Source: Coriobacteriaceae bacterium (GTDB lineage Bacteria; Actinomycetota; Coriobacteriia; Anaerosomatales; D1FN1-002). From it: a DNA stretch of 53,750 nucleotides. The notes under the pieces are model-generated. The model did not search any database. It saw only the letters and a list, made by a program, of their open reading frames with translations, and was not told the DNA's origin. The translations under genes and the position numbers were made by a program. The DNA is taken from contig PNNM01000001.1 in NCBI GenBank assembly GCA_013824215.1, forward strand, positions 1-53,750. Reading direction: 5' to 3'. Below are positions 41,244 to 50,885 of this stretch, piece by piece. How positions within the stretch are numbered: the stretch's first letter is position 1; the number at the start of each line of letters is the position of its first letter.

Positions 41244-42049
41244 GCGGCCGCGTGCTGTCGCGCTACACGGTCCTCATGGTCGCGCTCATGCTCGGTTCCG
41301 TCGCGGTGGCGGCCGGCCTCAACTACTTCCCGGTGCTCGGGGACACGGTCGCGCTGTGGGCGGCCGACCTCGGCAGCGTGGCCGTCGTCGGTCTCGCCGC
41401 GGCCATCGTCGTGGGCACGGCGTACTGCTTCGGCAAGGGTCAGCCCGGCAGGCTCTACTGGATGCTCGTCGGCGTCGGGGCGGCCATGTACGCGCTCGGC
41501 GACCTGGTCTGGAGCATCTACGAGCTGGCGGGCAACGAGGTCCCGTACCCTGGGCTCCCGGACGCGTTCTACCTGGCCGAGTACGTGTTCCTGACCGCCG
41601 GGCTGGCGTACGCGGCGTGGAGCTATCGCTCGCTCGGCGACATCAAGATGCCGCTCGCCCTCAGCGGGGCCGTCGGGGCGGCCGCAGCGGGGGGGCTCTA
41701 CGTCTGGTTCCTGAACCCGCTGGTCCTCTCGGACCCTGAGATCGCGGCCGGGGAGAAGGCGCTCGGTGTCGCGTACCCCGCGTTCGACGTGTTCCTCGCG
41801 TTCATGCCCGCGGTCCTCATCATCCTCATGGTCTCGCGCCTCGGGTGGGGCAGGTTCGGCTGGCCTTGGTGGGCCGTGGCCGTAGGCGTGCTCTTCATCG
41901 CGGCGAGCGACACCGCGTACGCGTGGCTCGCCGCCGTGGACAGGTACGAGAGCGGCATGATCCTCGACTACGGATGGATGCTCGGACACGTCGCGATCGC
42001 GACCGGCGCCCTGCTCGCCCGCGACGTCACGCGGGTGCCCAGGGCCTGA
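41240..42049 (+). CDS. Polytopic membrane protein (about 7-8 TM helices) resembling stand-alone membrane sensor modules
   Basis: Consecutive hydrophobic helices with repeated aromatic/Pro/Asp motifs (YALGDLVWSIYE, PYPGLPDAFYLAEYVFL, AYPAFDVFLAF, SDTAYAWL). There is no soluble output domain. Confidence 0.65.
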   Translation: MSGRVLSRYTVLMVALMLGSVAVAAGLNYFPVLGDTVALWAADLGSVAVVGLAAAIVVGTAYCFGKGQPGRLYWMLVGVGAAMYALGDLVWSIYELAGNEVPYPGLPDAFYLAEYVFLTAGLAYAAWSYRSLGDIKMPLALSGAVGAAAAGGLYVWFLNPLVLSDPEIAAGEKALGVAYPAFDVFLAFMPAVLIILMVSRLGWGRFGWPWWAVAVGVLFIAASDTAYAWLAAVDRYESGMILDYGWMLGHVAIATGALLARDVTRVPRA

Positions 42050-42056
42050 CCGGGGC

Positions 42057-45000
42057 CTATCCGCCCAGCAGGACGACCCGCACGCGTCTCGTCCCGGCGT
42101 CCCGTTCGAGCGGGACCCTCGGCTCCGGCAGGCGCACGCCGTCGAGTTCCACGTACGCCACGCCCCTGTTCACGCCACGCGGGTTCTCGACCTCGATCTC
42201 GTAGGTCGTCCCGTCGGCCCGGTACCGCATCGAGTATCCGCCCCAGGACTTCGGGATGCAGGGGTCCACGACGAGGTGGCGGTGCTCCTCCTCGGCGATG
42301 ATGTCGAGGCCGAGCAGCCAGCGCACCACCACCCGGTAGAACCACGACGCCGAGCCCGTGTACCAGGTCCAGCCGCCGCGCCCGACGTGTGGTCCGACGG
42401 CGTAGACGTCAGCGGCCACGACGTAGGGCTCGACCTTGTAGACCCCGACGGCCTCAGGCGTGAGCGCGTGGTTGATCGGGTTGATCAGATCGAGCAGGGC
42501 GAGCGCCTCGTCGCCGTCGCCGGTGAGCAGGTAGGCGAGAGCCACCCACACCGCCGCATGCGTGTACTGCCCGCCGTTCTCGCGCACGCCCGGGACGTAG
42601 CCTTTGATGTAGCCGGGATCGTGGGACATCCGGTCGAACGGCGGGGCGAGCAGCATGATGAGGCTGTCGTCCCACCGCACCAGACGCTGCTCCACCGCCT
42701 CGAGGGAGCGCATCGCCCGCTGACGGTCGCCGGAGCCCGAGATCACCGCCCAGGCCTGCGCGATGGCGTCGATGCTGCACTCGTCGGAGGCGCGGGTGCC
42801 CAGCGGGGTGCCGTCGTCGAAGAACGCACGCCGGTACCATGCTCCGTCCCACGCCTCGCGCTCGACCGCCTGCACGAACCGCGCGGCCGTGGCGCGGTAC
42901 GCCGCCGCGCGAGCCGCGTCCCCGCGGCGCTCGCAGACCTCGGCGAAGCTGCGCATCGTCACGTCCAGGAACCACGCGAGCCACACGCTCTCGCCCGATC
43001 CCCCGAGCCCGACCCGGTTCATGCCGTCGTTCCAATCGCCGCCCCCGATGAGCGGGAGGCCGTGCGGCCCCACTCCGAGGCTGGCGTCGAGTGCCGCGCA
43101 GCAGTGCTCGTAGACGGTGCCGGACAACTGGGAGTACCCCGGTTGCACGTAGAGGTCCTCGACGCCCTCGGCCAAAGGCTGCGCGTCGAGGTACGCGGTC
43201 GTCTCGTCCAGCACGCTCAGGTCGCCGGTGGCGCGCACGTACTCGGCGACCACGAACGGCAGCCAGTTGCGGTCGTCGGTGAAGCGCGTGCGGACCCCTC
43301 GGCCGGACTCCGGCTGCCACCAGTGGAGCACGTCCCCCTCGGGGAACTGCCGGCGCGCGCACTCCACGATGTGCGCGCGGACCAGGTCCGGCCGCACATG
43401 GAGCGCCGCCAGCGAGTCCTGCAGCTGGTCGCGGAATCCGAACGCGCCGGACGACTGGTATGTCGCCGTGCGCCCCCAGAGCCGGCACGAGAGCACCTGG
43501 TAGAGCAGCATGCCGTTCACGAGCCGGTCGAGTGCGGCGTCCGGTGTGGCGATCTCCACCGCGTCGAGCACGTCGGCCCAGGCCGCCTTCGCCGAGGCGA
43601 GCGCTTCCTCGACCGCGCCCGCGCGCCGGTACCGCGCCACAAGCTCCCGTGCCTCCGCCAGTTCCGCCGTCTGGCCGAGCATGAACGAGATCTCGGTGCT
43701 CTCGCCGGGTGCGAGATCGACGCGAACCATCAGCGCGCCGCAGTTGTCGTGGAACCGCCCGGTCACGCCGCCCAGGCCCTTGCGTCCCATGGCGGCCGGA
43801 TGCGCCGGGCAGCCGTTGCGGCCGATGAACTCGGTGCGGCTGCCGGTGAAGCCGCACGTCTCCCGGTCGCAGGCCAGGAACGCGGGCCGGCCGGGGAAGT
43901 CCGGGTTGAAGTGGTTGTGCGCGGTGAGGATCCGCGCCTCCGGGTCGTAACACGTCACGACCTGCTGGTTGGCCCTGCTGCGCGAGCTGCCGAGCACCCA
44001 CTCGACCATATGAGTGACGCTCAGCGAGCGGGCGCCGGCCGTGGCGTTGGTCAGTCGCAGCCGGGCGATGCGCACCGGGTCTTGCGGCGGCACGAACCAC
44101 GTGAGCTCCTGGACGATGCCGTGCGAGGTGTGCTCGAAGATCGAGTACCCGCGGCCGTGGCGGGCGACGTAGGTCCCCTCTGCGCGGGCCGGCGCCGGCG
44201 TCGGACTCCAGTACTCGCCGGTCTCCTCGTCGCGGATGTAGGTCGTCTCGCCGGAGCCGTCGGTGACCGGGTCGTTGTTCCAGGTGGTTATCCGGTTCTC
44301 GTGGCTGTTCTCCGCCCAGGTGCAGCCGATCCCGGCCTCGGACACGAGCGTGCCGAAACGCGGACCCGCGATCACGTTGATCCACGGCGCCGGGGTGGTC
44401 TCGCCCTCCGCCAGCCGAGTGACATACTCCCCGCGCGCCACGTCGAAGCCGCCGAAGCCGTTGTCGAACTCGAGGGCCAGCCGTTCCGGGACGGGGGCCG
44501 GCCATCCGCCCGGCTCGGCTCTCGGCACGAGCGGATCCGGGGGCGCGGGCCGCTTGCCGCGCTGGTTGAGCTGGAGCACGATCGGCCCGCCGTCGCCGGT
44601 AAGCGTCGCCCTGGCCACCGAGAGCAGGAGGTTGAGCACGTCCGGGTGCATCTGGTCGGCGCGTCGCAGGAACACACCGCCCGGGCGGTCCTGGAGCTGC
44701 AGCGCGTGGCCGGTCCTGACGAGCAGCCGCAGACGGTCGGCGAGTTCGTCGGCGTAGCCGGTCGGCCGCGTGTTCAGCACCACGAGGTCCGCCACCAGCC
44801 CCCGGTGCCGCCAGTACTGGTGCGCGAGCAGCGCTTGGCGCACGAGCGGTGTCTCCTCGACGCGCTCGATGCGCACGAGCAGGATCGGCAGGTCTCCCGA
44901 GATGCCGAGCGACCACAGCCCGTCCATCTTCAGGCCGTTCTCCACCGCGGTCTTGACCTTCAGCGGCGAGTGCGGGTCGGTCAGCAGCAGCCGCGAGGCG

Positions 45001-48000
45001 AGCCGCTGGAAGGTCACCGCGTCCTCGGCGGAGATGCCGAGGTCCCGCAGTTCCACCTGCCCGGCCGTCCAAGCCAGGTCGGCCGCGCGCTGGGCGCTCC
45101 GGATGTCGCCGTACTTCTCCACGAGCCGGGCGGCCTCGTCGCGCTCCCGCGCCACCCCGGTGGAGAACACGATGCGGGCGGTCGCGCCCGGTCCGACGGA
45201 GAGGGCATGGCGGATCGCGCAGACCGGGTCGAGCACGGCGCCCGAGATCCCCGACAGTTCCGCTGCCGCATCGAGCGCGGCGGGAGCGTGCACGTCGCGA
45301 AGCCGGCCGAGGAAGCGCGCACGATCGGTCTCGTACGACGAGGGGCACTCCCCGTCGGACTCGCACGCCAGCACGTGGAAGCCCCAGGGGCGCGCCTCCT
45401 CGGCGGAGCGCGGGCGGCGCGAGAACAGGAGCGCACGTCGGGGCTCGTCGGCATGGGTCTCGACGAACAGGTTGGAGAAACCCTTGTGTGCCTGGTCGGC
45501 GCCCTGCGGCGCCATCGCCACCTCGAGGTACGAGGTGACCTCCAGCCGGCGTTCCACGCGGGAGTGGTTCGTGAAGGTGATGCGCCTGACCTCGACATCG
45601 TCCTCGGGCGAGACGACCACCTCGTAGTGCGTGTCGATCTCACCGTCGGTGCGCCACCACTCGGCGCGCGCCTCCGAGAAAGTCACATGGTAGTCGTCCG
45701 CCGTCGCGAGCGACGGCTGGTGCGCGGCGGACCAGACACGGTCCTCGTCCACATCGCGGACGAAGAAGAAGGTGCCCCAGCAGTCGCGGGTGATGTCCTC
45801 GCGGTAGCGGGTGACGGCGAGATCCTCCCAGCGCGAATAGCCGCCGCCGGCGTTCGTGACCATGACCGAGTAGCGTCCGTTCGACAGGAAATGCGTCGCC
45901 GGGGTGGGTGTGTCCGCGAGCGGGTAGCTGCGCGCCACCGGAGCGGGCAGCTCGCGCACGGAGCGCACGAAGCGGACCTCCTCCACGTGCGGCGTCGCGA
46001 GCTGGACGTGCCTCGGCACGCGCTCCTGCAAGAGCAGTTCGGCCGAGCGCACCATCGGGTCCGCGTGGAAGCGCATCCGCATGCGATGGCCGGTCAGCTC
46101 GCCCCCCAAGGCCACCATCCCCATGCCGTGGTGGTGCGCGAAGTACGCGCGTACGATCGCGCGTTCCTTGCCGGCCGGCACGCGTCCCGGCGTGTAGTCC
46201 ACGGCCTCGTAGAAGCCGAACCACCCCTCGGCCCCGCGCTTCCTGAGCGCGTCGAGGTTGGCGATCGACGCGGCGCGGTCCACCTGCAGCGCCAGGAGCG
46301 TCGCGTACGGGGCGACGACCACGTCGCCGGACAGACCGCGCTTCAAGCCGAGGCCGGGCACGCCGAACGCCTGGTACTGGTAGGTGAGATCGGCGTCCTT
46401 GGCGTTGAACGCGGACTCTGAGACGCCCCACGGCACGCCGCGTTGGCGTCCGTACTGTATCTGGCGTCTGACCACGGTCCCGTACGTCTCGTCGAGCAGC
46501 GTCTCCCGCCAGGACCGCATGACGAGCAGCGGCATGAGGTACTCGAACATCGAGGCGCTCCACGACACGAGCGCGTTGCCCGCGTCGGTGCGCGTGATGG
46601 GCCGTCCGAGACGGAACCAGTGGTCCTGGGGGACGTCGCCCTTGGCAACGGCGAGGAAGGAGGCCAGACGGCACTCGGAGGCGAGCATGTCGTAGTAGGA
46701 GTTGTCGAGCCGGCCCTCCGAGGTGTTGAAGCCGATCGAGAAGAGCTGGCGGCTGCGGTCGTACAGCATCCTGAAGTCCGTGTGTTCCCACATCTCGCGT
46801 GCGATGTCGACCTCGAGACGGAGCTGCGCGAGCGTCGTGACGCAGGCCGGTCGGGCGTTGTGCACCCCGGCCAGCACGGCCTCGGCCCAGGCCGCCGCCG
46901 CACCGCACGTCTCGGGATCCTCGCCGGGCGGGTCCGTCGCGATGGCGGTGAGCGCGTCGAGCGCGCGGTCGAGGCCCTCGGCGAGGCCGACCAGCGAAGG
47001 TGTGTGCTCGAGCAGCGGGCAGAGGTCCTCGTAGCGGGAGCAGGCGCGCAGGGCCGGCGGCGCGCCGGCGAGAAGGGGCACCCACGGCGCCAGCGTCTCG
47101 ACGTCGCGCAGCGGCGAGCGCACCGCTTCGAGCAGCGCCGAGCAGGAGGCGCGCGCCCGCTCCACCGGCGTGGCCGGCGCGGGACCGTCCGTCTCGGGCG
47201 CGTCGCCGAGTTCGGCGAGGCGGAGCGGGATCTCCTCGGCCAAGGTGGCGAGCGAGTTGAGCAGCGCCAGCCACTCCCCTAGATTGGCCGGGGTCACCTC
47301 GAGCGAGACCCGCCGCCGCAGCCCGTCGATCTCGTCGCGGAGCCCCTCGATCGCCTCTTTGGCGTCGGAGGCGTCGCGGGCCGCGACCAGGTCCTCGAGC
47401 GCCAGCAACGCCGTGTCCGCCAGGCCGTCGAGCAGCTGGGGTCCCAGCAGCGGCGACTCGGACGCCTCCAGCAGGGCCACGCGGAGTACGAGCAGGTGCC
47501 CGGCGAGGTTGCCCGAGTCCACGGTGGACACGTAGCCCGGGCGGAGCGGCTGGAGCGTGCGGGTGTCGTACCAGTTGTAGAAGTGCCCGCGGAAGCGCTC
47601 CATGCCGGCGAGCGTGGAGACGGTGCGCGAGACACGTTCGAGCAGGTCCACGCAGGTCGTGTAGCCGAGGTCGTACGCGGTGAGGTATGCGAGCAGCTGG
47701 ATGCCGACGTTGGTGGGGGACGTGCGGTGCGCCACCTCGCCCTTCGGCTCCTCCTGGTAGTTGTCGGGAGTCAGCCAGTGGTCCTCGGCTCCCGGGAAGG
47801 TGTCGAAGAAGCGCCAGGCTCGCCGCGCGGTGCGTCTCATGAACGTGCGCTCGGCCTCGGTCGGCTCGGGAACGCTCCGGTCGATCGGGCGGGAGATGCG
47901 CCAGGCGACGTACGGCGAGACGAGCCACACCGCCGCGAAAGGCAGCACGGTGAGCAGGCGCTCGGGTCCGGCGAGCAGGGCGGGTGCGGTGAGCGCCGCC

Positions 48001-50885
48001 GCGACCGCCGCCGCCGGCCACATCCGCGCCATGAACCCGCCGAGGTCCGAGCCGAGCCTGTGCTCCGCGTCGGCGGCGGTCTCCCATTCCAGCAGGCCCC
48101 GGCGGGTGACGGTCATGCGCCACAGCGCCCTGATGATCGCGTCGAGCATGAGGTGCGCCTGGTGCGGCAGCATCGTCAGCGAGAGGAACGCGCGGGCCGA
48201 GTCGCGGCCGAAGTCCTTCCAGGCGGTGTGGAACGACGAGCTGAAGCTCACCGTCTGGGGGCGGAACAGCATCGAGTCGGCGAGCGAGAAGTAGGCCGGG
48301 AACAGCAGCACGGTGAGCAGCATGATGTCCCACTGCCATGCGCTCCCGGGCAGGAGGTACCAGCCGGCGAACGCGAGCAGGAGCGTGGCGGGTGCGAACA
48401 GCGAGCGCCTCAGGTTGTCGAGGATCTTCCACCGGTGCAGCAGCGACAGTGGGTTCGGCTCGCTCCCGCCGTTGTCCAGCGGCACCCGGAGCGCCAGCCA
48501 CGGCAGGGTCTGCCAGTCACCGCGGACCCAGCGGTGCACGCGCGCGCATTGCGGGGCGTAGCTGGACGGGTGCTCGTCGAAGACCTCCACGTCCGAGACC
48601 AGGGCCGTGCGCAGGTAGCAGCCCTCGAGAAGGTCGTGAGAGAGCAGGGAGTCGTGCGGGACGCGTCCCTCGAGCGCGGCGATGAACACGTCCACCTCGA
48701 AGATGCCCTTGCCGGTGAACGAGCCCTCGCCGAAGACGTCCTGGTACGTGTCGGAGACGGCACCCGCGTACGGGTCGATGCCGGTGACGCCGGAGTAGAG
48801 CCAGGCGAAGAAGGAGCGGCCGGCAGCCGGCAGCGACATGCCGACGCGCGGCTGCACGAGGGCGTAGCCATCCGTGACCCGGCGCAGGTCGGCGTCGTAG
48901 ACCGCGCGGTTCAGCGGGTGGGCGATCGTGGAGACGAGCTTGGCGGCGCCGTCGCGCGGAAGGATGGTGTCGGCGTCGAGCGTGGCGACGAAGGTGACGT
49001 CGGCCAGAGGGCCCCGCTCGCCTGCGACGTGCGCGAACGACGTGTCCGTGGCGCCGCGCAGGTAACGCGCCAGCTCGGTGAGCGCGCCGCGCTTGCGCTC
49101 CCAGCCCATCCAGGTCTGCTCGCTCTCGCAGAACCTGCGCTCGCGGACGAAGGCGAGGAACGGACGCCGCCCGTGCTCCGCCTCGTACCGCGTGTTGAGC
49201 TCGTCGACCCCCTTGAGCGCCGCCTCCACGATCGCCGGGTCGCCGGGCGCGTGCGCGGCGTCCGCGGCTTTGAGGTCGCCGAGCACACCGAATCGCAGGT
49301 TCGGGTCGGGGTTGGCCAGGTACGTGCGTTCGAGGTTCTCGAGCACGGCCGAGGTGGCCTTCACCGACGACAGGAGCGCGGGGACCACGACGAGCGTGGC
49401 GTGCGCGTCGGAGATCGGGCGGCGGTAGTCGAGCTTGGGGAAGACACGCGGCGGCCAGAGCATCGCCGCGAAGCGGTTGGCGATGTTGATGCCGAGATCG
49501 CTCATCGGGACGACGCCCAGGAGCAGGAGCAGCGCGACCGCCCATGCCGGCAGCCCCATCGCGATCGCGTACCACCCGAGCGAGAGGACGAGCGCGACGG
49601 TCACCGTTCCGAGCCCGCCCCAGTAGATGAGGCCCCGGTGCGAGAGCGGGCCTCGGTAGAGGCGCTCACGCAGCCGCGGCCGGTACCCGATGCTCTCTTC
49701 GAACACGTAGCGCCCGCGGCTGATCAGGTAGTGTCCGACGTGTCCGCGCACGAGGTCCGAGGGATCGCGCGAGATCGCTTCCAGCGACCAGCTCACCGCC
49801 GCCTCGGCCACCTCCACCTCCGAGAACTCGCACCGCTTCGCCAGCTCCTCGAGGCCATGGCGGAGACGGTCCCGGCTGCGGAAGTCCATCCGGTGGTAGA
49901 CGTCCGCCGGGTCCTGTCTCAAGACGTGCTCCACGATGCAGGTGCGCTCGAAGAACGAACGCCAGTCGAGCGCTTCGAGCAGCCGGATGCTCGTGATCGA
50001 GTTGGCCACGGACACCTGGTTCGCCGCCTGCTCCTGCTGTTCGGCGTGGACGGCCAGTTCGAAGGAGGTCCCCGCGGAGGTGACGCGTCCCTCGAGCCAC
50101 TCATTGATGTCGGCGGTGACGGCCTCCTTGCCCTGGAGCCGCTGGGCGAGACGGCGGAAGAACGCGGCCTCGGCGCCCGGGTGCTCGGTGTCCAGACGCG
50201 ACAGCAGTCCGGCGACCTGGTCCGGGGCCTCCTGCGCGGAGGTGAGCAGGCGGTCGGCCCAGTCGTCGGCGGCGTACTCGTCGAGCTGGGCCCGGACGAC
50301 ACGGTCGGCGATGCGCCGCACGTTCTCGATCAGCGCGACGCGCAGCATGATCGGCACGGCCCAGACCTCGCCGATGGACAGCGGCGAGGAGTCCTGGAAA
50401 CCCATCACGAATCGGAGCAGGAACTCCTCGTCGAGGCGCGCGTCCGTGTGCGACACGAGCGCCACCGCGGCCCCGTACACCCGGGGGTTGCCGGCCAGCT
50501 CACCCGAGGTCAGCCGCGGCAGCTCGAGGCCGTAGTCGGCAGGAAGGTCCTCGCGCACCGTGCGGACCTGGCCCTCGAGCAGATAGTAGTTGTCGAGCAG
50601 CCATTCGCTGGCCGGCGAGACGGCGCGCTGGGCTTGGGCGGAGACTGCGAGGATCGAGTTGCACCACGCCAGATGAGTCGCCGCGCTCTGCACCATGTCG
50701 AGCAGAGGCGTGGTCCGCGCGTGTCCGCCGGTCGTCCAGACCTGCGCGGCCGCGAGCTCTGCCGCGCGCTCCGCCGCGCGCTCCGCGGTCAGCAGTTCTC
50801 CGCGGAACGGCGGGTCGGCCTGCGCGGGCCGAGGTGTGCGAGTCTCGTCCGAGGTCCCCATACGCTTCGTGAGACGTCCCCCCAT
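42057..50885 (-). CDS. cgs: Cyclic beta-1,2-glucan synthase (Cgs/NdvB/ChvB-type: N-terminal cytoplasmic region, TM helices, GT84 glycosyltransferase, cyclization region, C-terminal GH94 phosphorylase-like domain)
   Basis: N-terminus: EWLLDNYYLLEGQ, PRVYGAAVALVSHTD, IGEVWAVPIMLRVALIENVRR. GT84: WMGWERKRGAL, ATLDADTILPRDGA, AHPLNRAVYD, LVQPRV, FTGKGIFEVDVF, LLSHDLLEGCY, RVHRWVRGDWQ. Central region: SPTNVGIQLL, HFYNWYDTRTLQPL, VSTVDSGNLAGHL, SWSASMFEYLMP, GVPWGVSESAFN, FGVPGLGLKRGL. GH94: NGFGGF, PAPWINV, FGFRDQLQD, LHWWQPESGRGVRTR, GGGDWNDGMN, ENGGQYTHAA. The start is uncertain (ATG 50945, 50927, 50885 or 50861). Confidence 0.9.
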   Translation of the reverse strand: MGGRLTKRMGTSDETRTPRPAQADPPFRGELLTAERAAERAAELAAAQVWTTGGHARTTPLLDMVQSAATHLAWCNSILAVSAQAQRAVSPASEWLLDNYYLLEGQVRTVREDLPADYGLELPRLTSGELAGNPRVYGAAVALVSHTDARLDEEFLLRFVMGFQDSSPLSIGEVWAVPIMLRVALIENVRRIADRVVRAQLDEYAADDWADRLLTSAQEAPDQVAGLLSRLDTEHPGAEAAFFRRLAQRLQGKEAVTADINEWLEGRVTSAGTSFELAVHAEQQEQAANQVSVANSITSIRLLEALDWRSFFERTCIVEHVLRQDPADVYHRMDFRSRDRLRHGLEELAKRCEFSEVEVAEAAVSWSLEAISRDPSDLVRGHVGHYLISRGRYVFEESIGYRPRLRERLYRGPLSHRGLIYWGGLGTVTVALVLSLGWYAIAMGLPAWAVALLLLLGVVPMSDLGINIANRFAAMLWPPRVFPKLDYRRPISDAHATLVVVPALLSSVKATSAVLENLERTYLANPDPNLRFGVLGDLKAADAAHAPGDPAIVEAALKGVDELNTRYEAEHGRRPFLAFVRERRFCESEQTWMGWERKRGALTELARYLRGATDTSFAHVAGERGPLADVTFVATLDADTILPRDGAAKLVSTIAHPLNRAVYDADLRRVTDGYALVQPRVGMSLPAAGRSFFAWLYSGVTGIDPYAGAVSDTYQDVFGEGSFTGKGIFEVDVFIAALEGRVPHDSLLSHDLLEGCYLRTALVSDVEVFDEHPSSYAPQCARVHRWVRGDWQTLPWLALRVPLDNGGSEPNPLSLLHRWKILDNLRRSLFAPATLLLAFAGWYLLPGSAWQWDIMLLTVLLFPAYFSLADSMLFRPQTVSFSSSFHTAWKDFGRDSARAFLSLTMLPHQAHLMLDAIIRALWRMTVTRRGLLEWETAADAEHRLGSDLGGFMARMWPAAAVAAALTAPALLAGPERLLTVLPFAAVWLVSPYVAWRISRPIDRSVPEPTEAERTFMRRTARRAWRFFDTFPGAEDHWLTPDNYQEEPKGEVAHRTSPTNVGIQLLAYLTAYDLGYTTCVDLLERVSRTVSTLAGMERFRGHFYNWYDTRTLQPLRPGYVSTVDSGNLAGHLLVLRVALLEASESPLLGPQLLDGLADTALLALEDLVAARDASDAKEAIEGLRDEIDGLRRRVSLEVTPANLGEWLALLNSLATLAEEIPLRLAELGDAPETDGPAPATPVERARASCSALLEAVRSPLRDVETLAPWVPLLAGAPPALRACSRYEDLCPLLEHTPSLVGLAEGLDRALDALTAIATDPPGEDPETCGAAAAWAEAVLAGVHNARPACVTTLAQLRLEVDIAREMWEHTDFRMLYDRSRQLFSIGFNTSEGRLDNSYYDMLASECRLASFLAVAKGDVPQDHWFRLGRPITRTDAGNALVSWSASMFEYLMPLLVMRSWRETLLDETYGTVVRRQIQYGRQRGVPWGVSESAFNAKDADLTYQYQAFGVPGLGLKRGLSGDVVVAPYATLLALQVDRAASIANLDALRKRGAEGWFGFYEAVDYTPGRVPAGKERAIVRAYFAHHHGMGMVALGGELTGHRMRMRFHADPMVRSAELLLQERVPRHVQLATPHVEEVRFVRSVRELPAPVARSYPLADTPTPATHFLSNGRYSVMVTNAGGGYSRWEDLAVTRYREDITRDCWGTFFFVRDVDEDRVWSAAHQPSLATADDYHVTFSEARAEWWRTDGEIDTHYEVVVSPEDDVEVRRITFTNHSRVERRLEVTSYLEVAMAPQGADQAHKGFSNLFVETHADEPRRALLFSRRPRSAEEARPWGFHVLACESDGECPSSYETDRARFLGRLRDVHAPAALDAAAELSGISGAVLDPVCAIRHALSVGPGATARIVFSTGVARERDEAARLVEKYGDIRSAQRAADLAWTAGQVELRDLGISAEDAVTFQRLASRLLLTDPHSPLKVKTAVENGLKMDGLWSLGISGDLPILLVRIERVEETPLVRQALLAHQYWRHRGLVADLVVLNTRPTGYADELADRLRLLVRTGHALQLQDRPGGVFLRRADQMHPDVLNLLLSVARATLTGDGGPIVLQLNQRGKRPAPPDPLVPRAEPGGWPAPVPERLALEFDNGFGGFDVARGEYVTRLAEGETTPAPWINVIAGPRFGTLVSEAGIGCTWAENSHENRITTWNNDPVTDGSGETTYIRDEETGEYWSPTPAPARAEGTYVARHGRGYSIFEHTSHGIVQELTWFVPPQDPVRIARLRLTNATAGARSLSVTHMVEWVLGSSRSRANQQVVTCYDPEARILTAHNHFNPDFPGRPAFLACDRETCGFTGSRTEFIGRNGCPAHPAAMGRKGLGGVTGRFHDNCGALMVRVDLAPGESTEISFMLGQTAELAEARELVARYRRAGAVEEALASAKAAWADVLDAVEIATPDAALDRLVNGMLLYQVLSCRLWGRTATYQSSGAFGFRDQLQDSLAALHVRPDLVRAHIVECARRQFPEGDVLHWWQPESGRGVRTRFTDDRNWLPFVVAEYVRATGDLSVLDETTAYLDAQPLAEGVEDLYVQPGYSQLSGTVYEHCCAALDASLGVGPHGLPLIGGGDWNDGMNRVGLGGSGESVWLAWFLDVTMRSFAEVCERRGDAARAAAYRATAARFVQAVEREAWDGAWYRRAFFDDGTPLGTRASDECSIDAIAQAWAVISGSGDRQRAMRSLEAVEQRLVRWDDSLIMLLAPPFDRMSHDPGYIKGYVPGVRENGGQYTHAAVWVALAYLLTGDGDEALALLDLINPINHALTPEAVGVYKVEPYVVAADVYAVGPHVGRGGWTWYTGSASWFYRVVVRWLLGLDIIAEEEHRHLVVDPCIPKSWGGYSMRYRADGTTYEIEVENPRGVNRGVAYVELDGVRLPEPRVPLERDAGTRRVRVVLLGG

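Noticed and set aside
42276-46421. A 1381-aa plus-strand ORF.
   Set aside because: It lies entirely antisense to the well-supported cgs gene. The translation is Arg/Gly/Pro/Val-rich low complexity with no motifs. This is a typical GC-driven shadow ORF.
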